A DNA stretch of 64,000 nucleotides from Octopus bimaculoides (taxonomy: Eukaryota). Positions 1-13,182 of this stretch are shown one piece after another (position 1 is the first letter of the stretch; each line of letters opens with the position of its first letter). The notes beneath the pieces are model-generated. The model did no database searches, had not been told where the DNA came from, and worked only from the letters and a program-made list of their open reading frames with translations. Location of the stretch: NCBI RefSeq assembly GCF_001194135.2, contig NC_068996.1, positions 52,428,865 to 52,492,864 on the forward strand, given 5' to 3'. A program made the translations under genes and the position numbers.

Positions 1-257
1 ACAATCAAGCATAAATATATGTTTTTTTTTTTTTAATAGAGCAAACTTACTCAGATTAGATAGACTCAGAGAATTAGCAGGGAGAAGGTGTTACAAGGCC
101 GACAGCTGTCTATTAAAAAAATATAGATTCATACTTGATTGTTAATCATATATATATATATACATATATATATATACAGGAGTGGCTGTACATTAAAATC
201 CAAGGTTTTATGTGTTTATTTGAATCATTGTGTCTCTCTTACTCTCTCTCGATATAC

Positions 258-288
<31 letters not shown>

Positions 289-299
289 TGTATGTATGT

Positions 300-810
300 A
301 GAGGAGCGATGTCAGTACACATGCACGGTACACAGCAACTTTTGTTATGTTGGACTGGACACCTTATTAGAATGAAGGATAGCAGGATTCCTAAGCAGAT
401 GCTATATGGAGAACTTGTGAATGGAAGGAGACTCCGGCAGAAACCAAGGCTGCGATTTAAGGACTGTGTCAAGTCCTCATTAAAGGCCTGTGATATGCAG
501 GACACTGACTGGGAGAACAATGCCTGTCATCGCCACAGATAGAGGAAGCAGGTTAAGGAGGGGATCGACACTTTTGAGAGAGCACGTATCCAGCATGAAG
601 AACTTAAGCGAGCTGCGCGAAAGTGTACGGCTCGTATAGTGAACGGGGAAATCTTGGTCTGCAATGTTTGCAGTCTTGTATGCTTGTCAAGAGCAGGGCT
701 CATTAGCCACCAACGGAGCCACAAATGCAAAATATAAGTTAGTCTTAGAGCACACAATGTTCCTGAAGGTCGGCAATGGTCTTCCTCGGTCACAAGTGGA
801 TGGCCATCAT
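300..810 (+). mobile_element. 5'-truncated RTE-clade LINE, 3' end of ORF with C-terminal zinc knuckle
   Basis: Translation WTGHLIRMKDSRIPKQMLYGEL..GRR..KPRLRFKD and CNVCSLVCLSRAGLISHQRSH; internal stop at ~540. Confidence 0.85.
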
Positions 811-1110
811 GTATGTATGTCTGTATGTATATGTGCATGTGTGTGTGTTACTGTCTCTTTGTCTTGACAGTGTGTAATAGTTTTGAAGGATTGCTACTGT
901 CATGCAGCAGTTCTTTCATTACCAATATTCTGTGAAAACATGTCTCACTATCGGAAAATATTACCTTAACTGAAAACAAATGAGAGTTGGTGATAGGAAG
1001 GGCATCCAGCTGTAGAAATTCTACCTCAACAAATTTCATCTGAATTATGGTAGCATGGAAAAATGGATGTTAAATGATGATATATGCTTACATATAAGTA
1101 GATATATGTG

Positions 1111-1155
<45 letters not shown>

Positions 1156-1324
1156 CTGTCGACATTTTTGATAACATGGGTATGTTAGTATACATATATT
1201 TGTATGTCCACTGATATGGTTGGGTGATTTGTCCAGGATCAGAGATAATCTCATTAAATCAAGTTTTTATCTTCTGTTATTGTTCATTGGCTATTCTGAG
1301 TTATTTCTCTCAGCATACTTTTGT

Positions 1325-1356
<32 letters not shown>

Positions 1357-1725
1357 TATGGAATGATTTAGTTTTTTTTCTGTGAGTTTAATCCCTCTTT
1401 GTCACCTTTTATATTATATATATATTGTGTGTGTGTATGTGTGTGTGTGTATGTGTGTGTGTGTGTGTGTGAAGGCATGTGGCCTTGGGATTAGGGTGTT
1501 GACTCATGGTCACTAGATCATGGTTTCAATTTATGAGCAAAACACTTCATTACACATTGCTCCAGACCACTCAGCTGTAAATATGTCACCCTGTGACAGA
1601 CTGACCTTCCAATCAGGAGAAAGGTTAGCCTGCTCACCTAGCCAGCAGGATGGTATATCCTTTGAAGGCTAAAACAGTGCAAAGCGCATTGTGACCAACA
1701 TCTGATAATCTCATTGATCACGTGG

Positions 1726-1761
<36 letters not shown>

Positions 1762-1962
1762 ATCCTGTTGAACCGTTAATCCCTACACATTTCTTTTCTC
1801 TCTCCATTGTTTTCATTCTCTCTCCTCTTTTTTCCTCAATCCATTCTGTCGAAGAGCATAGGCTCGAAATGTCATAGTCTTTTCCTCTCTTTGTGAGTGT
1901 CAATCTAATACGCATACTCATTGTTCCTTCACCTGTCTTCATCTTTTGTTTTCTGTAAATTT

Positions 1963-1993
<31 letters not shown>

Positions 1994-2329
1994 CATCATC
2001 ATCATCATCATCATCATCATCGTTTAACGTCTGCCTTCCATGCTAGCATGGGTTGGACGATTTGGCTGAGGACTGGTGAAACCGGATGGCAACACCAGGC
2101 TCCAGTCTAATTTGGCAGAGTTTCTACAGCTGGATGCCCTTCCTAACGCCAACCACTCAGAGAGTGTAGTGGGTGCTTTTACGTGTCACCCGCACGAAAA
2201 CGGCCACGCTCGAAATGGTGTCTTTTATGTGCCACCCGCACAAGAGCCAGTCCAGGGGCACTGGCAACGATCTCGCTCGAAAAATCTCATGTGTCACTCG
2301 CACATATATATATATATATATATATATTA

Positions 2330-3140
2330 CTAGCTCATGTTTCATTAATCCAATAACAACAATACAAAGTATGTAGCCCTTAAAACGGTTTTTGTGCATT
2401 TACATAGAATACCGAACTGTCTAACGCAGGATCTTGTTTTTAGGAATTCCCAATAAGTTATGAATACCCAAATTGTGAAGTCAGTTATGTAATAACATGA
2501 AATTAGTTACCCAATAGTAAGAATTGAAATAAAGTAGCCCCGTAAGGGGCTTTAATGCATTTCCAGATTATACAGAACTTAGGAGGAAATACTAATAAGG
2601 TATGTATACTAAAATCTTGAAGCATGTTACATAATAACAGATTATTCAGATATGAGAGAATAACAATTCAAAGTAATTAACTGAAAAAATGCTTTTGTGC
2701 GTTCCCATAGAATATTACCCTCAGGTGCACTAGTGTTGGTATATTCGTAAATAAGTCACTTACCAAAATAAGTGGATCTATTGTTTAGGAAAATGCTATT
2801 TACTTGTTTAAAGATTGTACTGGATAAATTGCAAAAATAGCTCTAACAGTTCAAATACTAAGAAATAAGCATACTCAATTTCATTTTCACCAAATAATTT
2901 AGGAAATTGAATGGGTTATTTCCCTTGGCTTTTAAAATAAAAGATATTAAATATATCTAAGGATCCCTTCCAGGGGCCCTATTGACTTTTTCAACAATCT
3001 GAATATGCCATGAGGTTTCCAGACATCAGTTCTACTCACGTGTCAAGTTTCATCAAAATCGATAAAATGATGTAGGAGGAGTTAGCTAACAACTCCACAA
3101 ACACACCTACAGACAGAGTTTCTCACATATGTAGTATATA
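2330..3140 (+). mobile_element. Possible Helitron-like non-autonomous element
   Basis: Starts tactagc after a (TA)n run and ends gtcaagtttcatcaaaatcg..gtaggaggagtt..acacacctacagacagag..tagtatata. This resembles Lep1/HINE-type 3' ends from recall only. Confidence 0.3.
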
Positions 3141-3148
3141 CATATGAT

Positions 3149-3490
3149 TGAATCAAAACAGTTTGATTCAAATTCGTTGGTACTCTTGAGTTTCAGGCAC
3201 AATATGCTGCCCCTTCCTACTCCCCCTTATCAACAACCTGACTGACTTCTGATCTATTTCCTGTCCTCCACGTAGTCAATTTCCTGTTCACCATGCAGTA
3301 TTTTCCAGCTAACTGTTACCCATATACCAACATCAAACCATGACACCACGTGACCTTCCTCAATCAAGCACATCCTACTTTATGGTAATAACAATCAACT
3401 TCTGCCATTCAAATGCAAAATGGCTAACAACTAGCATCACGCTTGAAACTCAAGAATACCAATGAATTTGAATCAAACTGTTTTGATTCA
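3149..3490. repeat. Foldback/MITE with 47-bp inverted arms
   Basis: 3149-3195 is the reverse complement of 3444-3490 with 2 mismatches. Confidence 0.85.
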
Positions 3491-4272
3491 TATGTGTAAC
3501 TCCCACTAAATTGGTTGAATGCCCTTCTTTCATTTGTCCACTCACTCGTGTGTCTCTGCCACTATCCGGCATATACAGGTGCTTACACTTATCAAGTATT
3601 ACCTCTAAAATTTACAGTACCTATATATATATATATNNNNNNNNNNNNNNNNNNNNNNNNNNNNNNNNNNNNNNNNNNNNNNNNNNNNNNNNNNNNNNNN
3701 NNNNNNNNNNNNNNNNNNNNNNNNNNNNNNNNNNNNNNNNNNNNNNNNNNNNNNNNNNNNNNNNNNNNNNNNNNNNNNNNNNNNNNNNNNNNNNNNNNNN
3801 NNNNNNNNNNNNNNNNNNNNNNNNNNNNNNNNNNNNNNNTACATATATATATATATATATATATATGTGTGTCTGTGTGTGTGTGTATGTATGTATGTAT
3901 CATTATCATCGTTTACCGTCCGTTTTCCATGCTGGCATGGGTTGGACAGTTCAACTGGGGTCTGAGAAGCCAGGAGGCGGCACCAGGCCCCAATCTGATC
4001 AGGCAATGTTTCTACAGCTGGATGCCCTTCCTAACGCCAGCCACTCCCAGAGTGTAGTGGGTGCTTTTTATGTGCCACTGGCACGGAAGCCAGTCAAGGC
4101 AGCACTGGCATCAGCAACGTTCGGATGGTGCTTTTAACATGCTACTGGCACAGGGATCACAACTGCAGTTTCCATTTGATTTGATTTTGATATTGCTGAT
4201 GTTGATGTACTTGACTCAATAGGTCTCCTCAAGCACAGCATGTCACCCTATGATCCAAGCTACTTTTTGAGA

Positions 4273-5790
4273 GGGCTGGTTATGTGACACTGGTGTAGTT
4301 TACAGCTGTGGACTCACTTTATGTACCGGGTCTTCTCAGTCACAGCATACCTCCAGAGGTCTTTTGTCATTGCCTCTCTGAGGCCCAATGTTCGAAGGTC
4401 ATGCTTCACCACCTCATCCCATGTCTTCCTGGGTCTCCCTCTACCTTGGATTCCTTCTACTGTTTGGGAGTGGCACTTCTTCACACAGCTCTCCTCGTCC
4501 ATCCACAGTACATTACCATACCAATGCAAACATCTCTCTTGCACGCCACATCCGATGCTTCTTATGTCTAATATTTCTCTCAGGGCACTTACACTCTGCC
4601 ATGTGTGTACACTGACATTACACATCCAGCGAATCATGCTAGCTTCATTTCTTTTGAGCTTACGCATGTCTTCAACAGTCACAGCCCATGTTTCACTGCC
4701 GTGAAGCATGGCAGTTCGCACACATGCGTCATACAATAATCTACCTTTCAATGTGAGCAAGAGGTCCTTTGTCACAAGTAGAGGTAGAAGCTTTCTGAAC
4801 TTTGCCCAGGTTATTCTTATTTTTGTGGTAACACTCTCTGAGCAACCATCCCCACTACAAACTTGGTCCATAGCTTACACTGGGTACATCTTATGGAATT
4901 TCTACCTACACCTTTTCTACAGATTGAGCAGGGCCACCTACCCGAAAGAGTGTGTGATGTGTTCGCCTTCCTACTTACTAGAACTTTGGTCTTTGCAACA
5001 TTGACTCTAAGGCCCTTCAATTTTAAACCTTGCTTCCAAACTTGAAGTTTCTTCTCTAGTTCTGGTAGTGATTCTGCTATGAGGGCCAGATCATCAGCAT
5101 AGAGGAGTATTTAAGAGCAACCCTGCGTCCCGCTGTCTGGTGAGAATGAAATCAATCTGGCTAGCAGAGTCCCCTGATTGATAGGTTATTGGGTGGCTGT
5201 CTGGCTTCCTGAACTTAGTGTTGCAGATTAAAAGGTTACATGCATCATAGAACTCCAGTAGCCTAGTTCCCTCATTGTTCCAGGAACCAATACCATGGCC
5301 CCTGTGTCCACCAGTGAAGATACCAGATTTCTGCCAAACATGCCCATTAAAATCTCCAGCCACAAAGATGAGGTCATTGCCACTTGTCTTTGAGGTAGTC
5401 TGTAGAAGGGTATCATAAAAATGGTCCTTCTGACCATTTGGTAGCCCTGCATGTGGGGCGTAGGCAGAGATAATTGTAGCTGTGCTGTTCTGCAGGACTA
5501 GATTGAGCTTAAGCACTCTATCGCATACCCTAACAACCTCTATGACCTTATCCATCCATTTCTCCACAAGGAGTATGCCTACACCCCATACACCATCCAT
5601 GTTACCTTGCCAGAAGACTTTATACCTATCTGCCTTGCCTGTGAGGACCCTAGCTGAAGCTCCTCTCCATCTTACCTCTTGTATGCAGCATACATCAACC
5701 CATCTCCTTTCAAGCATCTCTACCATCTCACTAGACTTACCTTTCAATGTGCATACATTGACAGTGCCAAATCTGAAAACTGGGAAGGGA
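4273..5790 (-). mobile_element. Internally deleted RTE-clade LINE (APE endonuclease joined to RT C-terminus)
   Basis: ORF 5094-5747 has APE motifs (VDVCCIQEVRW, IISAYAP, AGDFNGHV, SQIDFIL). Downstream on the minus strand: LLYADDL, KGLRVNVAKTKV, CSICRKGVGRNSI, YDACVRTAMLHGSETWA, GRGRPRKTW. Confidence 0.92.
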
Positions 5791-6110
5791 AAGTGGGGTG
5801 GGGCTTGGGGAGGAAAGATGTTATATATATTAGTTTAAAAATGGAGAAATTCAATGGATATAAATTAATTTATTAATTAACATTGCCCTACAATTGTTTC
5901 ACTTCACACCCAATTTAAATTACAAAACATATATAATAAGTTTGCATTTTGAGTACACTGGCTGGAAGATCTTCAAGGCAAAATGGACATTACAGAGTTT
6001 ATATTTTGCACAATTGAAATACTCCAACAGACTAAGTAGTTAAAAGCATGTTTATTGTGTGTATGTGTGCACATGTGCATCCATTAATGTTTTTATTTAT
6101 ATTTATAATG

Positions 6111-6162
<52 letters not shown>

Positions 6163-8006
6163 ATTAAAGTATATAAGAATAAAAATAAAGATTAAAAATA
6201 AATAATGAAAATAATGAAATATATTGATAATAAAAATAAATTTTTAAAAAAATGAAATAAAATTTTTTTTTATAAAACATGGATGTCAATGGTCCATTTT
6301 GGTTTACGTGTGAGCGTATGTTCACGTGTCTATATGTGTTCTCATATGTGTATATATGTATGTTTACTGCCTAAGTTAATTTATGTGTATGTGTGTGTCA
6401 GTTTCAGGTTATATAATACAAGTATAGATACCATATGTGTTTGTGTGTGTGTGTATATAAATATGTGTGTGTGTGGAAGAGTCATTTTTTTTTTTTTTGT
6501 TGGCTTAGTACTCCATCATCATATGTCTGAAACGAGGTAAAATTCTTCAAATTTCAAAAACAATAAACAAAAATGGTATAGGAAGAATACAGTGAAAAGA
6601 AAAACTTAAAACAATTTGATAAAAAATATTTATGTTATTTCAAATTACATATAAAAGAAACAAAAAAGTTTATCTGAGAACCCAATACATTTTTACCTAA
6701 CAAATTCACCACATTCTTTGTTTGCAGGAATAAATTCCCCTTTGCATTGTAAATCAATTTATTTATTTCATTTTTAACTTTAAGTGAGATTTTCTAGTTT
6801 TGCATTTAATTTTAATGAAACATGTAAATGTTATTTGGATTTAACTTTAAATTACTCAAAGTGATTCCAAATTCATAGTTACTAGTAGACTTATTAAAGG
6901 GCATTTTTCAAACCTCATGTCAAACTTTTGTTGATAACACCTGTTAGCAGTATGACAGGTGTTTATAAAATTATAGTTCCGCTACTTGATTTGTACTAGT
7001 GTTTTATCACCTCTCTTACCCCACTTTTAAACCACACATCTCCTTTGCAAACAATGTTTTTCTCACTCACTCTTTCTCTCTCTGTCACTCACAAACACAC
7101 ATAGAGTTTCTCACCACATATACTAAATTATTAGGTTTTGGAATATTCAGTTATTTAATCCTCGATTCTACGTCATGACTGAATGTGCTACTGGTTTGTT
7201 ATGAGTTTATAAACAGGATCCCTACGTCAGTTAATATCACTGTATCACTATATCAACCAATCTGTCGAATGCTGTTATATGCCACTGGTTACAAATACAA
7301 TTACAAAAATATGATTTAAACCAAGGATCAAATCTGTCCTTTTAACACTCTTTTATCAGTCTCTTTTGTTGGACTGCTAAGTTACAGGAATGTACATCAT
7401 TCCAAAAGGTCCGATTTTGTTTCCAGCTGATTCAGTCTATGACTTACAATCATAGGCACAGACTTAGCTGTATGGTCTTGCTTCCCAACCATGTGGTCCT
7501 GGGTTCAGTCCCACTGTGTGACACCTTGGGCAAATGTTTTCTCCTATAACCTCAGTTTGACCAAAGCCTTGTGAGTGGATTTGGTAGATGGAAACTGAAA
7601 GAAGCCTGTCATATGTATACACACACACATATATGCACATGTGTGAGTGATTATGTGTGTCTTTGTACTTGTCCCCCCCACCATCACTTGACAACCAATG
7701 GTGGTGTGTTTACATTCCTGTAACTTAGCAGTTCAGCAAAAGAACTGATTAAAAAAAGTATTAGTATTTTGAAAACAATAAATAAATTAATACTGGGGTC
7801 AATTCATTTGACTAACATTCTTCAGAATTATGCCCCAGCATGGCCATGGTCCAACGACTGAAACAAGTAAAAAGATAAAAGATAAAGGATATAATTGTAT
7901 CTCACAACACAATAATGTGTTACATTATTGTAAGAATATTGTAAACCAATAGATTTACTCAAGTCCTCATTTCTGAACAGTTAATATACAGGGCAGTGAG
8001 GAGTTG

Positions 8007-8044
<38 letters not shown>

Positions 8045-9172
8045 CTTAGCGCATGTTGTCCATGCTGGCATGAGTTGGACAGTTTGACCAGGGCTGGCAT
8101 GCTGGTAGACTGCACCAAACTCCAGTCTGATTTGGCATGGTTTCTATGGCTGGATATACTTCCTAATGCCAACAATTCCGAGAGTGTAATGAGTGCTTTT
8201 ACATGTCACTGGCACAAGGGGTGCCATTTGCGTGACACTGGTATCTGTCATGACTGCAGTTTTACTTGGCTTGATGAGTCTTCTTCTCAAGCGTGACATA
8301 ATGCCAAAGGTCTTGGTCATTGCCTCCGTGAGGCCCAACACTCAAAAGATGCTTTTCACATGCCACTGGTATCAGCCACTTTGCCTCCATGAGGCCCAAT
8401 GCTTGGAAGGTGCTTTTTAGGTGCCACAGGCATGAGTGCCAGTTATGTGATACCAGCATCAGCCATGACTACAATTTTGCTTTGGCTTGACGGGTCTTCT
8501 CAAGCATAGCACATTGCCAAAGGTCTTGGTCACTAGTTATTGCCTCGGTGAGGCCCAAAGTTTGAAAATCTATTTATTCAAGTATGTTTAAGCAACTGAA
8601 AAGAACAAATATATCTTTACAGCATTTTCCATTTCTATAGTGGATAATCCATATTGTAAGAGATATTGTACATTCAAAAGTAGCTAGTCTACTTTCACAG
8701 TTGGTTTGTATAGAAATATTTGTATAAACCAATCTATGTTTCAGTCTACTTATTGGCTTATATTTTATCTGTGCAAGGTCAGTAGCTTGACTAAATATAA
8801 TACTGCATTTGGCTAGATACTCAGGTGTATCCAAATAGATTTATAAATATATAACTTCAAATTACTAAGATGCTTAAAATAGTTTTGGGATTAGAAACAA
8901 CATTGTATATTTTTTAAAAATCTTAATTCTGAAAATCTTACTTCTGCAGAATTTGGCTCTGATTCTAAACTTGTATGAACTTGTTCACTTGATAAAATTC
9001 AAGGTAATTTTTGTAACTTGACAGAAAGCATCTAAATGAATTAAAGATAAATACGCATTATAGATTAAGAGTGTTGTAAACCAATGGACTTGTTCCAGTT
9101 CTCATTTCAGGACAGCTAATAAGTATATTTCTGACAATGAGGAACTGAGTACTTCTATTCATGCATGGATGT

Positions 9173-9397
9173 TTAACCCTTTCGTTACCGACCTGTCTGA
9201 AACTGGCTCTGCGTACAAATGTCTTGTTTTCATAAGTTTTCTAAATTAAAATCTTCCACCAAACCTTAGTCACAATTTATGTTCCTAACACTAGCTTAAT
9301 GATAATGAAGTTATTTTACTAAGTTCTTTGTTATATTTAAAATTAATAGAAAGAAACACAGAGCATCTCAACAGAAATACAGTAATGACAGGGTTAA
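9173..9397. mobile_element. TTAA-flanked piggyBac-like MITE family F (ttaaccctttcgttacc...gtaatgacagggttaa)
   Basis: TTAA duplication and CCC/GGG termini. Copies at 21661-21882, 21906-22332 and 57147-57335. Confidence 0.78.
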
Positions 9398-10917
9398 ACA
9401 ACTGAAAATGTAATCAAAATATACAAAGAAATGAACAACAATGCTTTAGAAGATGAATTGTTTGTTATTTTGGTGACACAATAAATTTCAATGAAATTTC
9501 AAAAATAAATTGTAAAGAAAAAACAAACTATTCAGGCAATTTTAGTGGTTGGTTTGGAATAAATGATCCATGCTACTGTAGTTGTATTTGTAACCAATGG
9601 TGTATAACATCTGACAGTCTGGTGGATACAGCAACATTAACTGACTTTGGGTACCTTCTTATAAACTCATAACAAACCAGTTTGACATTCAATCTATGAC
9701 TTACAATCAAGAATCAAATCTGTCCTTTCAACAATTACTCCTTTATAAACTAAGTAAAGATGCATGGCTTAGTGGGTAGAGTATTCAGTTCACAATTGAC
9801 AGGTTGTGAGTTCAATTCCTGGCAGTTCATTGTATCCTTGAGCAAGACACTTTATTTCACATTTCTCCAGTAGTGCCTGTATTTCAAAGGGCCGGTTTTG
9901 TCACATTCTGTGTCACACTGAATCTTGCTGAGAACTATGTTATGGGTACACATGTTTGTGGCGTGCTCAGCCACTTGCACATTAATTTCATGAGCAGGCT
10001 GTTCCGTTGGTTGGATCAACTGGAACCCACGTCATCGTAACTGATTGAGTGCCTTTTTCTTATATATATATATATATAAACTACATTATTTCCTGAGACC
10101 AGTTTTGTTTCCAGACATGAGTAAAAAAAGTATTTCTCATTGGATTTGTTACTACATGACATAAGCTTCTTTTAAGTTCTAATACTGTTCTACAACGACG
10201 TAAAGAATGTTATCATACTTCGCTTGATACTGTGTGGAATGGGCTCCCTGTTAACAGGTCACTTATAACAAATAAAGTGTTAGACATTTAAATTATGCAA
10301 ATTAGTTCAGTAGCTGTAGTTCGTTGAAATTACTGGATTCATTGTGTATCTAAACGAATTCACAGCTTATTTCTCTGGGATTTGCCAAGTGATGTAGACA
10401 CCTGACGAGGTGCCAATAATGATCGATAACCAGTAAAGGTTGTTCATCATTTTCTCAATCTGTGGAGAAGTGGTTAAATATGTTTGTACGTTTGCTACTT
10501 AGGTTTACATATAGAATAAGTAACCATGGAGATCGAGGAAACATCTAAAGTGTATATGACACTTGAACTGAAGCACCAGTTAATTTCTTTAATTACTTAC
10601 TAGTCATTTCCCACCACCACCATACACACACACTCTATTTCTTTTGAATGTAGACTTATTTCATGATTTTTATTAATTGCCGGTATATCTAGGCTATAGA
10701 AATTTTGTGTGTGATTAAGATAAGACTTCTTCAACAGATAAATTATTTATCAAGGACACACTGTTTCATTTTTTCACTAATGATAAAAGCCTTTGTTAGT
10801 AGAATACCTGTAGCTAATGTAGAGGCTATAAAATATGGCAGGTGTGATGGTTTATGGTAGCAATAGTAATGTTCTTGAATGGGAATTGGTGATGATTGGA
10901 TTATCAAAAATGAAATA

Positions 10918-11300
10918 GGCGTAGGAGTGGCTGTGTGGTAAGTAGCTTGCTTACCAACCACATGGTTCCGGGTTCAGTCCCACTACATGACACCTTGGGT
11001 AAGTGTCTTCTACTAAAGCCTTGTGAGTGGATTTGGTAGACGGAATCTGAAAGAAGCCCGTCGTATATATGTATATATATGTGTGTTTATGTTTGTGTCT
11101 ATGTTTGTCCCCCCAACATCGCTTGACAACCGATGCTGGTGTGTTTATGTCCCCGTAACTTAGCGGTTTAGCAAAAGAGACCGATAGAATAAGTACTAGG
11201 CTTCCAAAGAATAAGTCCTGGGGTCGGTTTGTTCGACTGAAGGCGGTGCTCCAGTATGGCCACAGACAAAATGACTGAAACAAGTAAAAGAGTAAAAGAG
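10918..11300 (+). mobile_element. tRNA-derived SINE family A (CORE-like), full-length copy
   Basis: A box tggctgtgtggtaag, B box ggttcagtccc, core gcaccttgggcaagtgtc, internal (TG)n, tail gaaacaagtaaaagag. Other copies: 7465-7888(+), 13608-13869(+), 14290-14590(-), 19005-19255(-), 19430-19810(-), 20160-20585(-), 30430-30795(-), 31013-31420(+), 49722-50105(+), 51640-52415(-), 54930-55160, 59281-59385. Confidence 0.85.
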
Positions 11301-12214
11301 TAATGGTTAGTGGTGGTGACACCAGAGTTAGTAGTTATCATAGTAGCATCAGTGAAGAATAAAGATCGGTGTTCCTGGTACTTTTTCACAGTAGTGATGG
11401 CTGTAGTTGTGTAGAGGTAGTAGTGTAGTAGTGGCTGCAATGTTGTAGTGCACCTGAGCACTAAGACAAGATAGATAGAAGTATAAGTTCACATTGGTAT
11501 TAAAAGATAAAAATAACAAAAACTTAGAGAGCTGAAACCACCTGCATTCAGTTGAATAATTACTCTCAATATGTCCCCCAAAAATGGAAATATCATGTAT
11601 TGCCACATAAAAAGAAAATAAAAATTTACAGCTCATTTTTGAGCTGATACTCAATATTTTATTAACCGATACATAATATATTTCTATAAGGGTGTCTCTA
11701 AGTGGTCGTTTTGGTTTGGTAGAATTAGCAGCCAAATCTCCTTCAAAATCATATCTTGGTGTTTTAAAAAAAGAGGAAGTACATACATTAGGTAAGTACT
11801 CTCTGTCGAAAGGAAGAACAGGATGGTCATGGTTGGAATGCCTTTAATTAATTTGTCTATTCAATCAGTACTAATTTGAGGTTAAACAACAGCAACTCTT
11901 GATTTTTTTTTTTTTTTTGCCTCTGTGAGTGTAGGGGTATAGGTGGGGGCTGGGGGTATAAGAGAAATACTGAGAAAAAAAAGTTGAAAATGTGTCAAAA
12001 TTTTTATATATGTATGTATTGTGTAATTAAAACAATTTAAACTTTTTAACATAGGTGGAAAATAATTTTATTCTATATGTTTATAGAAATATATATATTA
12101 GAAAAAATAATAATCAGGCACTCAGATGTCTGGATGGTTGTATATTTACAGATTTTTATTCATGTCACATGTTTTATAAGTTAACGCTTTCACCTAGTCT
12201 TGTAGGTTTATCAA

Positions 12215-12252
<38 letters not shown>

Positions 12253-12519
12253 AATGAAAATATAAAGATATGTTTCTGCAGATAAATGTTCTCATATCAT
12301 AGTTCAACTGAAAATATATTGGTATATGTATTCTTAAGGTGAGTTTCACCTATAATTTATGTAAACTTATATAACAGAAAGCTGGAAGGAGAACAAGGAA
12401 AAATAAGGGGTCATATATTTGCTTCAAGTCTTTTGTATAGAAAAAGGTTTTGATATATACATCTTTGAGTTTTGCAATTAAAAGGGGTTTTTTCTTGTAG
12501 TATAGGAAAAATGTCATTT

Positions 12520-12782
12520 AAGAATACATACATACGTGCATACATACAGGCATACTTACATACATACATACACACACACACACATACATACATGCATACA
12601 TACATACACACACACATACATACACACATACATACATACATACATACATACATACATACATACACACATACATACATACATACATACACACATACACACA
12701 CATACATACATACATACACACATACACACACACATACATACATACATACATACATACATACATACATACATGCATACATACA
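12520..12782. repeat. Compound (TACA)n/(CA)n microsatellite
   Basis: Direct inspection. Similar tracts at 259-300, 15168-15550 and 6105-6160 (AAT)n, plus many (TA)n and (CAT)n runs. Confidence 0.95.
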
Positions 12783-13030
12783 TTTATCAAGATGAATTTA
12801 TCTCCATAAAAGCATTATCCATATCTGCTTCATTTCATCCATTTGATGGAATTTATTGAACTTTGTTTAATAAATTAAGTCTGATATTGATTATTTCTTT
12901 ACACACACACACACACACACACACATGCATATATATGACACCAATTTATTTATAATAGATGAAAAATTATTATAATGCAATTTTTTTAGTATTTTGAGAA
13001 CTTCAAGAAAATATTTTCTTTTAATTACAG

Positions 13031-13182
13031 CAACAAAGAGAAAATTATCATTGTTGGATCACACTCGCATAAAGTGAGTGCAGTTGTTGCCAGTTCTGGT
13101 CAGTTGTTGTGGGAAACCGTTCTAGCTGACCGTGTTGAAAGTTCGGCTTGTGTTTCATCATGTGGTCAACATATAGTAGTCG
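13031..13182 (+). CDS. AASDH: AASDH/ACSF4 internal coding exon, start of PQQ-like beta-propeller (NKEKIIIVGSHSHKVSAVVASSGQLLWETVLADRVESSACVSSCGQHIVVG)
   Basis: Acceptor ttaattacag| and donor G|gtatgt. The translation matches my recall of vertebrate AASDH (IGSHSHRMKAVDFYSGKVKWEQILGDRIESSACVSKCGNFIVVG). Phase 1 end fits the next exon. Confidence 0.92.

Noticed and set aside
9064-9250. ~60-codon open frame after a possible acceptor (KSVVNQWTCSSSHF...)
   Set aside because: No resemblance to AASDH, no good donor, and it runs into a MITE.
12411-12859. Long ORFs of MYVC/HTYI repeats (also 14467-15570 and others spanning Ns)
   Set aside because: Translations of microsatellites or assembly gaps.
1-13030. 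Search for the upstream AASDH exon (expected KCVDASPL-like motif) and A/T-domain exons
   Set aside because: Not found by eye; they probably lie upstream of the window or in the 3637-3839 gap.
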